Assembly: GCA_024346625.1 (NCBI GenBank)
Contig: AP024668.1
Coordinates: 62,001-126,000 of the forward strand
Direction of reading: 5' to 3'
Source of the DNA: Williopsis jadinii
Lineage: Eukaryota
Length of the DNA: 64,000 nt
Positions 41,271 through 51,565 of the stretch are shown here, one piece after another. Numbering within the stretch: position 1 is the first letter of the stretch; every line of letters starts with the position of its first letter. The notes beneath the pieces were generated by a model, which was not told the origin of the DNA, did not search any database, and worked only from the letters and a program-made list of their open reading frames with translations. The position numbers and the translations under genes were made by a program.

Positions 41271-42260
41271 ATCTGATAACCTTCTCCCTGCTTTCGTCTC
41301 GCAGTACTACTCTGTATGAAAGTGAAAAGATTTTCCAGTCCCTTATGTACCTGGCTGTACGAAACAGTCGACATGCATATTAACTAGAGAATTCCACTTT
41401 CTTACATAACCTTAAATGCTCATGTTATGGAAGAAAGATCCCTGCACTACCATACCGACAACAGCTGCTGAGGTTTAGCACATCTGATAACGATCTACAA
41501 TCAGCATGCGGTATAACAGCACAGTGCTTCAAGCGAATGTGAGCATTCTCGTGGATAATCAAAGAGAACCTTCGCAAGCCAATACTGGACAAACTACCCG
41601 TCGTATCCAAGCTTTGGATATGGCAAAGATATACAGCATTTCTGCCAAGAGACGACACATTTCACTAGACAAGCAAAAAAAAGCTTGTTCAACTAGATGC
41701 AGAGTACATATTACTAATTGTGAGTACTGACGCCTCGATTCTGCAGGACCTGAGGCTCGCTCATGCCCCAGTTGGAGGTTTAAACTCGTTGCCTTTTCTC
41801 CTATTGGCTGAATCATGCATGGCCGTTGAAATTTCCGAACGTACGATGGAAAAGATAACCTTAACGCCTTTGGCGGAAGTGTGCATAATTCTGTTTTACC
41901 TGAGGGGAGGGCTCTAGAGCCCAAGGTCCGTGGTGCCGTGAACACGCAATGCGTGCTTCTTCCACTCGGTCTAGGGTCTGGAGCCACGTACACATTTGCA
42001 CGCTCTAAGTGAATACATCTGATACATCATTTATCTTGTTGCTTGAAGCATCAACGTGTTATTTGGAGACTGTGTTACAACCAGTCCCGTCTTGTTTTAA
42101 TTGGAGGGTATTGGGTGCCTATAGACTAGGGATTCATCAGCGGGCGTATACTCAACAGTAGTGAACACGGTCAGAGGTGGACAGCTGTGAATGCCAAACT
42201 CTATTATACTACGATTAGTACTTTTCCTTTTACCTAGTATTGAACTGATTAATCTGATAT
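41271..42260. promoter_or_regulatory. Cluster of extended GATA elements (ATCWGATAA type) upstream of the ferric reductase
   Basis: ATCTGATAA at 41271-41279 and 41482-41490; ATCTGATAC at 42017-42025; ATCTGATAT at 42252-42260; TATAAATA on the minus strand at 41235-41242. Confidence 0.7.
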
Positions 42261-44376
42261 AGAGATGCCTTGCAAATTTTTTTATGTCTCCATAACAACG
42301 GCATATAGACGTTGTCTCCTGAGATGTTTGTTGCATAAAGGAGCCTTTAATGACTCCGGCCAGCTTGTGCACTTCATCGTACTCTTCTATACAACCCTTT
42401 TGTTGGGATCTCTCTATCCAATCAACAAATTAGCTCGTCATGGACATTGCCTTCATGAATGCTTGCTTGGACTTGATGGTATTGATTGGTGAGGAGTGGC
42501 CAGTTATTGTGCAGGCGGTGCAATACCACCTTAAAGCATTCCGAGTATTGGCTGTATTCGAAATCTCTTCAACTGACTACAACCTGAGTAATTGAGGATG
42601 CACGATGTAGATCATATACGTATGAAGTGGGGGTTAAATTACAATTCTGATCCAAAGGATGGATGAACAGCGCAATACCGAGGACGCACGACGGGAGTAA
42701 TCGGAGGAAGAATAAGTCTGTTGATGTGTCTCTCTGAGCGATTTCAGATACATAGCCTCAGGGCCTAATGTTCCAACCATAAAGGGTGCCTGTATGCCAG
42801 GATCCAAAGAGAATCACAAATCTTGCAGATTAGCTGTAATTGGAGGTACTAATGTCCCTGGACTTGCATTTGAATTATACGGTGTTTGTTCAACACATAA
42901 GATTTACAATCCAATCAGGTGCAGCATAAATCGGCCTTGCTCATATTTCCCATGGCATTACCATTAGCTGCTACAAATCGATATTGCGTGAATGTGTAGG
43001 GATCAAGTTCATTTCAATCACAGGGCTGGCTGTTAAATCATATACATGGAGGTGAACGCAGCTTACCTGTTAGCTATGCCAGCAACTACTAGGCCCCACA
43101 AAGCTCGTCACACAACCAAATACATTCTGTTCCGTGACTCCGTAGTAGCAAGTGGAAACGACCTTGTAGTCCTCAAAGCTTCAGAACATGAGCAAATCAG
43201 TCACCACTACAAGCAAGTGAAATGCTTCAACTGTCTAGGCCAAATAAGCATGTTAATAGCTCACAACAACTGCAGCTAACCTGCAATCGACTCATGCAAT
43301 ACAAAGGAGATTTTGATCGCCGAGATTTCAGTTGTGAATATTCAGCGTCGTGCGTATGCGTTGCCCCAATGCACTATGCAGAAAATGGACTCAGGACACA
43401 GGGTCTAGTCCAGCATAATTGGGGTGTAGCACAGCAGCTAGGACTACAACGCAATTCCAATGGTGTATAAAAGACCCTAATTACAAATCATTCTCCACGG
43501 TTGTGCACATCATGGCCAATCAAGAGGTTGGAAAAGGTCAGGTAATCACCTTTGTTCCTTGTCCTGTGTGGTTTGTACGTTGCAGTGTGTAATGAGGAAA
43601 GCTAGACCCTTTTGCAGCTTAGTCCATTGATTGGCTATGGGCTTTCTCCCACCTTCTAATGTATCTCTTACGTGGTACAATATAGCAACGTAGGCAGCAC
43701 ACGACAGAGGAAGTCTTACCACAGCATTACGTTGAGCTGTTGAGGATCCACCTTGAGTATCACAGGGCTGGAAGTTGTGTTGGTTCAGCAAAGAATATGG
43801 GAATGTCATCAAGAGTCCGTGGTTCTGGAGTCCTCAGGCTCTTGAGTCTATAGTCTCTAGCGGTTTTATCTTTTCTCCATCAGGCTACAAAGTATTATCC
43901 ATACGTGGATCAGTCAACCAAGTGGCTTCCAGCTCTGTTCCTATCACCAGCTAACACATTCTACGGGCTCGACCTGGTGAAAAATTTTTATATACCTCTT
44001 TGGAGCAGGGCGCATGTCTGTATGTATGCGGTATATAAAAAGCTGCAAGTAGGAAGACTGACCACCGTCCACCTTTGCATCATGTCCAATGATGTAAAGC
44101 AAATGGCTCTGGTTGAGCAGATTGTGAAGGTTGCCTAGTTTATGCTGGACTTAGCCTAGTGGGTGCTAGGGTCATTGGCATTATCTGGTTCCATAATCAC
44201 AGCTTTAGTCCGCTAGAAATCACTGAGGATTCTCTAACGATATCACACACCTACAGCTAACGCTTAGATGGTATACGGAGCATTGAATGCCCAAAAGTTA
44301 CATAAAACGAAAACACTAGGGAGAAATGATCAACATGGCAAGAACTTCAATCAGAGCATCAGAGCAAATCAGAGCA

Positions 44377-45402
44377 TCAGAGCAAGTCGTCATCTGCAGA
44401 GATGATTGCCTCCTTGATCTTTAACAGAATTGATGTTCTCCAGTTGTCAAGCTTGTTGAACTGGTCATATTCAAACACCACATCAGAGAACTTTTGAGGA
44501 TCACCATCTTGCACAGCCTCGATTATGTCTTGCATCAACTTGTACTCCTTTGTTGTTGTGAAACTACGGTCCATGGTGGATGCCTCCTCGAGGTACTTCA
44601 TTGCCGCAACTCTGTCATCTGCAGCGAGATAACACAGGACAATCTTAACAAAGTAGTCTTTCAGACTCCATCTGGATAGATTATTCGACAATGCGTTGTT
44701 TGCAACCTTCTTGTACACTTCATTTGCCTTGACGTACTCACCTTGCAATGCACTTGTATCGGCACATTTCAAAAATGCCTTACTGGCCAAGGCCTGTGCA
44801 GAGTCACTTTCAAACCAATCACCAGCGTCTTGGAACGACTCAATGGCCTTTGGGAAGTCCATCAACTCCTCTTCATACACCTGGCCCAGATCCATCTTAT
44901 AATTTGCAGCTCTACGGAACTGACCTCTTGCCGTGAAGAATCCAATCGCCTGTTCTAAACATTTGACAGCTTTAGCAGGGTCCTCCTGTTTGTAGGATTT
45001 GAATGCATCAACAAGTGTATTAGCAGCTTCGTCCTGGTTTCCACCTTTGATTTGAGCTTCGGCGGCTTTCTCAAATGCACCACCAGCCAATGTTCCTTGT
45101 TTCTTCAGCTTGTACTGATTAGCGGCCTGTATGAAGAGGTCGGACGCCTCTTCGAATTTGTATGAATCGCCGCCAAACACACTGGAGAAGAAACCACCTT
45201 TGGAATTGAGCTTCTTCTCTGCCTGATACCATGCGTTAGTAGAGTCTTAGAGGCCATGTGCTCCATCTTATAGTGGAGCTATCGTGGCAAAACTTCAGGC
45301 CATTACTCCAAAACACTGGGCAAGGAGTGATGGCATCGTCAGCCTCCTGGCTTTCTTTACAGAACAACTTACAGATTTAATCAGACTCTCAGGATCAGAC
45401 AT
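44377..45402 (-). CDS. SEC17: Alpha-SNAP; 2 exons (45402-45373, 45222-44377), intron 45372-45223
   Basis: Exon 1 MSDPESLIKS, then GTAAGT..TACTAAC..CAG, then AEKKLNSKGGFFSSVFGG; GQFRRAANYK; C-terminal DDDLL. Confidence 0.96.
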
Positions 45403-45700
45403 GGCTTGTGCTCTTCGTTGATTCTTTCCTTCCGTCTGGTGTAATCGTAACGCTTGTTTGTATTTGTTCTGTTGCTTTGAGTATACGCTCCACCGTCTGG
45501 CTGCCACCGAAGGGAATCACCACACTTTGGCAGACGAGTTCGCGAAGGCTGATTTCTGGGTGTCCGGGTTTATGTTGGTGTGCAGGTGTTTTGGTGTCCG
45601 GATGAATGGTCTGTGGTGAAAGTCCTATGTAGAAATGTAAACAAAGGATATCACGAATCATACACTTCGTATGAATGTTCATTATACGGTTGACTGAGCG

Positions 45701-46358
45701 ATGGCAGGGACCACTGATCACATAAGATTCAAGAGACTAGAGCAAGTGTGTTTGAAGGCTCTTGAGGAGTCGCAGAAGGTACTCACGGACGAGAACGTGT
45801 ACTCATGCTACCCAAACCTGGTGTGTACGCCCAACGGTAAAGATCTTGTTGATAAGGTAAAACAACAGTTGATTGATTCGTGGAGAGATAACACTGTAAA
45901 GGAGTTCAGGTCCATCTTTGAGGAGAGAGATATTGAGAACAAACTAAACGAATTGGATGACCTGATAGCGAAAGCTCAGGAGAGAAAGAACAATGGCGAT
46001 GACCCACAGGTGCCGTAAGTTGTTGTTTACCACCATGTCTGCTTTATTGTTCATTTCCAGAATACTAACATTTATCGTTGTTTGTAGAATCAATGAGCTT
46101 ACACCAATAACGATAGCATCAAGTCACCTTATATCACTTAAGGAAGATAACATGCTTAAATTAGAAGATCAACTTGAAAAGCTACAATCTGCCAATGAAG
46201 AACTTTACAAGGAACTACAAGAATACGCAAAACAAGCTAGCCAACTACGATCAGACATTGTACAAGACATCACTCGTTTGAAACAGGTTGATAACGTGCC
46301 CACGGATGTCCAACTTGAAGAGCAGATAAGGTCACTCGTACTGCTTCTTAAAGATTAA
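45701..46358 (+). CDS. NNF1: Kinetochore MIND complex subunit Nnf1; 2 exons (45701-46014, 46088-46358), intron 46015-46087
   Basis: IRFKRLEQVC.KAL, EF..IFEERDIE.KLNELDDLI..A..R. GTAAGT..TACTAAC..TAG joins the two ORF-track fragments in frame (..QVP/INELTP..). Confidence 0.9.
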
Positions 46359-46459
46359 GCCTTGAGTCTACAATGTAGAGATGTCAAATATGTACGTTTC
46401 TGTCTGATTTTTTTTTTGTATGTTTCCTTTCTTTTAGTAGATCTGTGAAAGATATGTCA

Positions 46460-48715
46460 TCATCTGTACTTGTTACAGTCAAAGTCCCATGTTGATAGGA
46501 GTTTTGCAGCTTCACATGTCTCCTTGGTCCATCCATTAGTTCCATAAATCAATGGGCTGTAGAAGACAAAGAATCTAGCTGCAACAAGTAACAACACAAT
46601 TGAAACGGAGTAACCGAGAGGTTTAGTCTTAGAGAAGACGTACGAAACCAAGATATCCAAGAACTGAGCAAGGGCCAGAATACCAAAGTAGTAAGCTGGT
46701 AAGTAGTGGTGTAGGAACATTTGACGACCCATGAAGAACGATGGGAAGTAATGGACGGCCCAGCCAACAATGAACTGGAAGATCTGAATGTTGAAGTTGA
46801 ACACGTGTTTATCACTTTCCACTGCAACACCCAAATGCCATTTCAGAACTTCAACAACAACGTACACGCTAAAGCCAAAGATTATAACAGAAGTGGCCCA
46901 CCATATTGGGGCATTACCCATGAAGTGGACTTGACTGGTTGCACTACCCCAATAGTTGATACCACGGGTCAAGAATGGCCAAGTATGTGGACTTGATTCC
47001 CAAGCATGAGGAGCGTTCAAATTCTTGTTGATGTTCCACATTCTCTTGTGAGACTCAACAAATTTATCCCACAAAGAAAGTACAGGGTAGTTAACTCTCT
47101 TAGCATCTGCTGGAAGGAACTTATTCTCGTTAGTTTCAATGTACCAGAGCGATTTAGGGACAACACCTTGAGTAGCACAAGTGACTTCTTGTTGCTTGAA
47201 CCCCCACTCTGGTAATTTCGCATCATGGGAGAACAAATAACAACCTGTCATGGCATGACGCAATCTGAAAACAGATTTCAACGCTTTCAAATCACCTTGA
47301 GCATCGACATCCTCTGTGTATTTCTTTTGAATCTCAACGACGAAGTCATCATTTGGATCACCACCAAATCCGTCATAACCATAACCAGACACCTCCTTTT
47401 GCCAGTCTTGATGTTCAGAGACTGGAGGCTTGTGGTCATGAGAGTGGAGACGCTTCTTAGTAATGTGATGTTTCAATCTAATCTTAGTACCATCGTGGAT
47501 CTGTTCAAAGGAGGTTGGAGCTTCAGAAACGTTGTAGAGTTCAACTTCCCAAACGTTGTTGCTATCCAAATGTGGATAGAGCGTAACCTGTTGTTGCTTA
47601 GAACCAGTTTCGTACAAACTATCATGAGAGTGTAGATAGCCACCTTGGGTGGCGATATGGCGGATTGTAACCAAGGAACCAACACCAACGTTCTCCTGGA
47701 TGTTCTTTGGGATCTTGTTACCTTCCAAAGATGCTCTGAAAGCGGATGACATGAAGGCAGAGCCATCACCCTCCTTATTCAGCAGGTTGAAGTGGATAGC
47801 GAAGAACATAAGGTAGAGCAAGAATGGAATACCAAGGAGGAAGGAACCTCTAATACTGGCCTGTTTGACGGTCTTACAAACCGGAACGGTCAAATCACCG
47901 AGGATAAACCACAAGTCAAAAACGTTGAGCAATCCGATCCATGCAACGGTGAAAAGACCAGACCACTTGGAAGACGCAGCCAATCCTAATGCGACAGAAG
48001 TGGAAATCAATGCCCTGTACCACTTGTAGTTGTATGGAACCTCATTTTGAAGTCTCTTGTAGCCATAAACTGAAGCGGCGATAAAGAAGATCAATGGGGA
48101 GTCCAACAGGATGAATCTCGAGATTGTCACGTAGGAGTTCTCCACAATGAACATCAACGCAGCCAAGAACGCGATGGTTGGTCTCACACCAGAGGCCTTC
48201 AAAGTCAAGAACACCAAGATTGCAGTCCCGACACCGAGCAAAGCAGGGAAGGAGCGCATGACGACATAGGGGGTCGACTCAGGGTAAACGTCACCAATCT
48301 TTTCGAAATCAAAATCGCCTTTGAACCCGGCCAACGACGCAATCCCTGCGTACATCATCTTAACCAGAGGTGGGTGAACGTCAAGGAAGAACGTCCCCTT
48401 GATGTACTTTTTGGCAAACCCACCGAAATGCACTTCGTCAAACACAACCGAGTCTGGCGACGCGATGCTTCTGAGTCTGACCAGGAGACCCACAGCGGCA
48501 AGCAGCACCAGGTACACCTTGTCCTTCACCGTGGACGCGGAGCGAACCGTGCTCAGCTCCTTAGAAGGCGTCGTCAACAAGAACGGACGCATCGACCCAT
48601 TCTGGTACTCAAACTTCTCAACGGGGTCCTGTCCCTCAGCAACAGCAGCTGGGATCGCAGCGGCTTTGGCCTCCTCGGGCCCTTTACCCTTCTGATGAGA
48701 CTTGGACTTCGCCAT
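46460..48715 (-). CDS. PMT1: Dolichyl-phosphate-mannose:protein O-mannosyltransferase, PMT1 subfamily
   Basis: VVFDEVHFGGFA.KY..G.FFLDVHPPL, SRFILLDSPL, MIR domains, RQMFLHHYLPAYYF. Confidence 0.92.
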   Translation of the reverse strand: MAKSKSHQKGKGPEEAKAAAIPAAVAEGQDPVEKFEYQNGSMRPFLLTTPSKELSTVRSASTVKDKVYLVLLAAVGLLVRLRSIASPDSVVFDEVHFGGFAKKYIKGTFFLDVHPPLVKMMYAGIASLAGFKGDFDFEKIGDVYPESTPYVVMRSFPALLGVGTAILVFLTLKASGVRPTIAFLAALMFIVENSYVTISRFILLDSPLIFFIAASVYGYKRLQNEVPYNYKWYRALISTSVALGLAASSKWSGLFTVAWIGLLNVFDLWFILGDLTVPVCKTVKQASIRGSFLLGIPFLLYLMFFAIHFNLLNKEGDGSAFMSSAFRASLEGNKIPKNIQENVGVGSLVTIRHIATQGGYLHSHDSLYETGSKQQQVTLYPHLDSNNVWEVELYNVSEAPTSFEQIHDGTKIRLKHHITKKRLHSHDHKPPVSEHQDWQKEVSGYGYDGFGGDPNDDFVVEIQKKYTEDVDAQGDLKALKSVFRLRHAMTGCYLFSHDAKLPEWGFKQQEVTCATQGVVPKSLWYIETNENKFLPADAKRVNYPVLSLWDKFVESHKRMWNINKNLNAPHAWESSPHTWPFLTRGINYWGSATSQVHFMGNAPIWWATSVIIFGFSVYVVVEVLKWHLGVAVESDKHVFNFNIQIFQFIVGWAVHYFPSFFMGRQMFLHHYLPAYYFGILALAQFLDILVSYVFSKTKPLGYSVSIVLLLVAARFFVFYSPLIYGTNGWTKETCEAAKLLSTWDFDCNKYR

Positions 48716-49120
48716 CGTATTCTACTCAAGATACAAGACGTATACGGTTGATGGTACTAACACCAAGTTATTCAAGCGGGAGAGGGAACGGAGAAGAGAA
48801 GTTCTTCGTACTGAAAAGCGCGCGCGTCCAAGCGGTGTGATTTTTTTGTGTGTGTGTGTTTGTGTTTGGCCGAAGGAGTGAACACGTAAAACATTAGCCT
48901 GGTCCCGCGAATATTCCCTCTTTGGGCCATTGTTGACATTTCATTGTTGTTTGCTTTGTTTACTTTGACACAAAACGCTGTGTTTGGGTCGTAGCGGAAG
49001 GCCTTTCCGGTGGTGGTGATGGTGATGGGGAGTTTGGGTGCGTGTTTGGTTTTTGAGCTGTTTGTAGCCGGTAGGACTGGATTGTAGCGTGCTAAAGCTG
49101 CGATTTGTAGTGGTGCGGTG

Positions 49121-50161
49121 ATGAAGTTTGACGCGGTGAAGCGGCTCGTGGTGCCGATCTTGATGATGGGCCTTGCGCTAAGCCAGCTGCATTTCAGCGA
49201 TAGGGTGTATAGCGATTTGGTGTACTATAGCTACTACGCGAAGCTAGCGGACTGTGTGTCCAAGCCTGGAAGGCTCAGCGTGGGCGTGCCGTTTGCGCAA
49301 GGTGGGTGCAATGTGAAGTTCTGTCAGCACGAGAGGACGCTGGGGGCGGTGATCACCAAGATTAGAGAGGCTCCGGAGGGGGAGACTGGCAGCGCCATCG
49401 TCGTGCTTGACGAGCGCAACGAGGAGATCGTCGTGGCGTTTAGAGCGTCCACGACGGTATCTGACTGGTTAAGCGATTTCATGATCAGGGTAGTGGACTA
49501 CGAGCCAATATCGCAGAGCTGGGATAGAAGCGTTCCGGAGTGTATTGGCTGTAAGGTGCACTCTGGGTTCTACAAGGATCTAGGCCGTATAAGTGAAGAC
49601 TTGGTCAGTGATGTCCTCCAGTTGTATACCCAGTATCCAGCCTATAAGCTATCGATCGTTGGGTTCTCGTTAGGGGCGGCGTTGGCAACGTTGACAGGGA
49701 TCGAATTTGGGGCCAGAGGGTTTCAACCTTTGGTCATTGGGTATGCGCCACCAAGGATGTTCAACAAGGAGATGGGCGCTTGGGTGAATGAGTTGTTCCA
49801 TTCAGAGAACTTAACATTGCATTTGAAGCAAGGCGGTGACTTCCAAACTGGACTCATTACGGTGGTTCATGACGAGGATTACGTGCCCAGCTTGCCTCCA
49901 AACTTGGTCCAAGCAGGCGTAGAGTTCTTCATAGCGAAGAAACACTTGCCGCACACAAAGGACTCTGTCATGTTAACAGGGGTGGACTATTTGTCAACAC
50001 AGTATGAAGAGTACGATGAGCTTGCCCAGATATCATTACCAGATAAGTTCAAGGAATGGTTACATGCTTATGAACATAGGACTTATTTCATCACCATACA
50101 CAAATGTGATGACGTTGATCAAGATTGGATCGAATTTGACACGGATACAGTCCATCGTTAG
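49121..50161 (+). CDS. Secreted class 3 lipase (YJR107W/LIH1-like)
   Basis: Hydrophobic N-terminus, IVVAFRAS, CKVHSGF, nucleophile elbow GFSLGAALA, VVHDEDYVPSLP, HRTYF. Confidence 0.88.
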   Translation: MKFDAVKRLVVPILMMGLALSQLHFSDRVYSDLVYYSYYAKLADCVSKPGRLSVGVPFAQGGCNVKFCQHERTLGAVITKIREAPEGETGSAIVVLDERNEEIVVAFRASTTVSDWLSDFMIRVVDYEPISQSWDRSVPECIGCKVHSGFYKDLGRISEDLVSDVLQLYTQYPAYKLSIVGFSLGAALATLTGIEFGARGFQPLVIGYAPPRMFNKEMGAWVNELFHSENLTLHLKQGGDFQTGLITVVHDEDYVPSLPPNLVQAGVEFFIAKKHLPHTKDSVMLTGVDYLSTQYEEYDELAQISLPDKFKEWLHAYEHRTYFITIHKCDDVDQDWIEFDTDTVHR

Positions 50162-50236
50162 ATTTCACTTACAGTGCTATAACCAACGCCTTTCGCAATG
50201 TTGTCTTGATTGTTCGATTATTCAGTTTGTTTTATT

Positions 50237-51565
50237 TTATGAGAGTAACCCGGTATCTTGTAAGATGTTTGAAAAGATGCTCTCCCTAACAACGACAAAC
50301 ACAAGTTTCATGCTGTTCCGATCAGTGGCCTGTGTAATATATGGGTAGATTGGTAACCCGGACCGATTCACTTTGGTGAATCTCCAAAGGATATACTTTG
50401 CAGCGTTGTTTGGATCATCACCTCCTTTGTAATCAGGGAAATGCTTCTCCAATGGTGAATACGGTAGCTTGTCCACAAAGATATCAATCTTGTTCAAGAA
50501 CAGAATGATGGAGCACCTTGAGAACCAACGTGAATTGACCACGGAATCAAATAGCGTCAAGGACTCCTCCAGACGGTTCTTGTTCTTATCCTCTAATAAC
50601 ACTTGATCGTATTCGGACAAGGCAACACAGAAGATGATTGCAGCAACGTTATCAAAACAGTATATCCATTTCTTTCTCTCTGATCTTTGTCCACCAACGT
50701 CAAATATATGTAGTTTTAACCCGTCTAGCTCGAATTTGAGATCAAATATACCAGATGTTTTCTTTCTGGTTCTTATAACATCCGTGTCATTCGGTATAAA
50801 ACCAGGTTGTGATATTCTCTCCAATTCTCCAAAAAAATAAGAGGCAGAATCCATCATGTAGAAGTCCTGTCTATGTTCTCTCAGCAGTTTCAGGGTGGAT
50901 TGAGATTTCCACAGCTTGATAATCTGCTTGGCTAGTTTAGGATCAAAAGACGCATTTGGATCCATTGGAGCACTTGACTGCGAAATGTCCTCGAGGTCCT
51001 GCTCGCTTAACCATTCGTCGTCTTCATCAAGTTTAACGTTAAACGTTGAATAAGCTGCAACCAAATCCTTTGCAGATGAAACGATATTACTAAAGATGAA
51101 GGGTTTGAAGTCGATCAACTCCTGTTCTGTGAACCCATTGGAGTGTAATATCCTCAACTGTTGAAGAATCGTCGACTTACCACTTTCTCCAGTGCCCAGC
51201 AATAAAACTTTTGTATACTCGTGTGAATCTTTGGCATTCGTCAGCTGGCCGTTCTTCATAGACGTCGCCTGCGATGATATTGAGGGAACAGTAGATTGCT
51301 TTCTCATGGATAATGCCCCGTTGAAAGCTGGCAATGACCCGTCCTCGCCAGTGCTATCAACACCAATGGTGGGTCCACCTGTTCCCTCAGCAACACTATT
51401 TTTTTCACTCGGTGCGCCATCACCACCAACGCCATTCACTGTGGTTCCAGCTCTATTCACTGGAGTGTTCTTCTGGTTAGACCCTCTACGGCCAGCACCG
51501 GTGGTGACCTTTGTCCTATTGTTAGCTGAGTTTGGCTCAACGTCCTTGGAACCACACACTCCCAT
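50237..51565 (-). CDS. GPA2: Heterotrimeric G-protein alpha subunit, Gpa2 (cAMP pathway) class
   Basis: MGVCGSK myristoyl/palmitoyl N-terminus, long insert, GTGESGKST, DVGGQRSERKKW, NKID, TQATD. Confidence 0.92.
   Translation of the reverse strand: MGVCGSKDVEPNSANNRTKVTTGAGRRGSNQKNTPVNRAGTTVNGVGGDGAPSEKNSVAEGTGGPTIGVDSTGEDGSLPAFNGALSMRKQSTVPSISSQATSMKNGQLTNAKDSHEYTKVLLLGTGESGKSTILQQLRILHSNGFTEQELIDFKPFIFSNIVSSAKDLVAAYSTFNVKLDEDDEWLSEQDLEDISQSSAPMDPNASFDPKLAKQIIKLWKSQSTLKLLREHRQDFYMMDSASYFFGELERISQPGFIPNDTDVIRTRKKTSGIFDLKFELDGLKLHIFDVGGQRSERKKWIYCFDNVAAIIFCVALSEYDQVLLEDKNKNRLEESLTLFDSVVNSRWFSRCSIILFLNKIDIFVDKLPYSPLEKHFPDYKGGDDPNNAAKYILWRFTKVNRSGLPIYPYITQATDRNSMKLVFVVVRESIFSNILQDTGLLS

Noticed and set aside
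41400..44340. Telomerase RNA or other structured RNA gene in the long intergenic region
   Set aside because: No template or Sm-site signature was recognised by eye; left as an unexplained interval rather than called.
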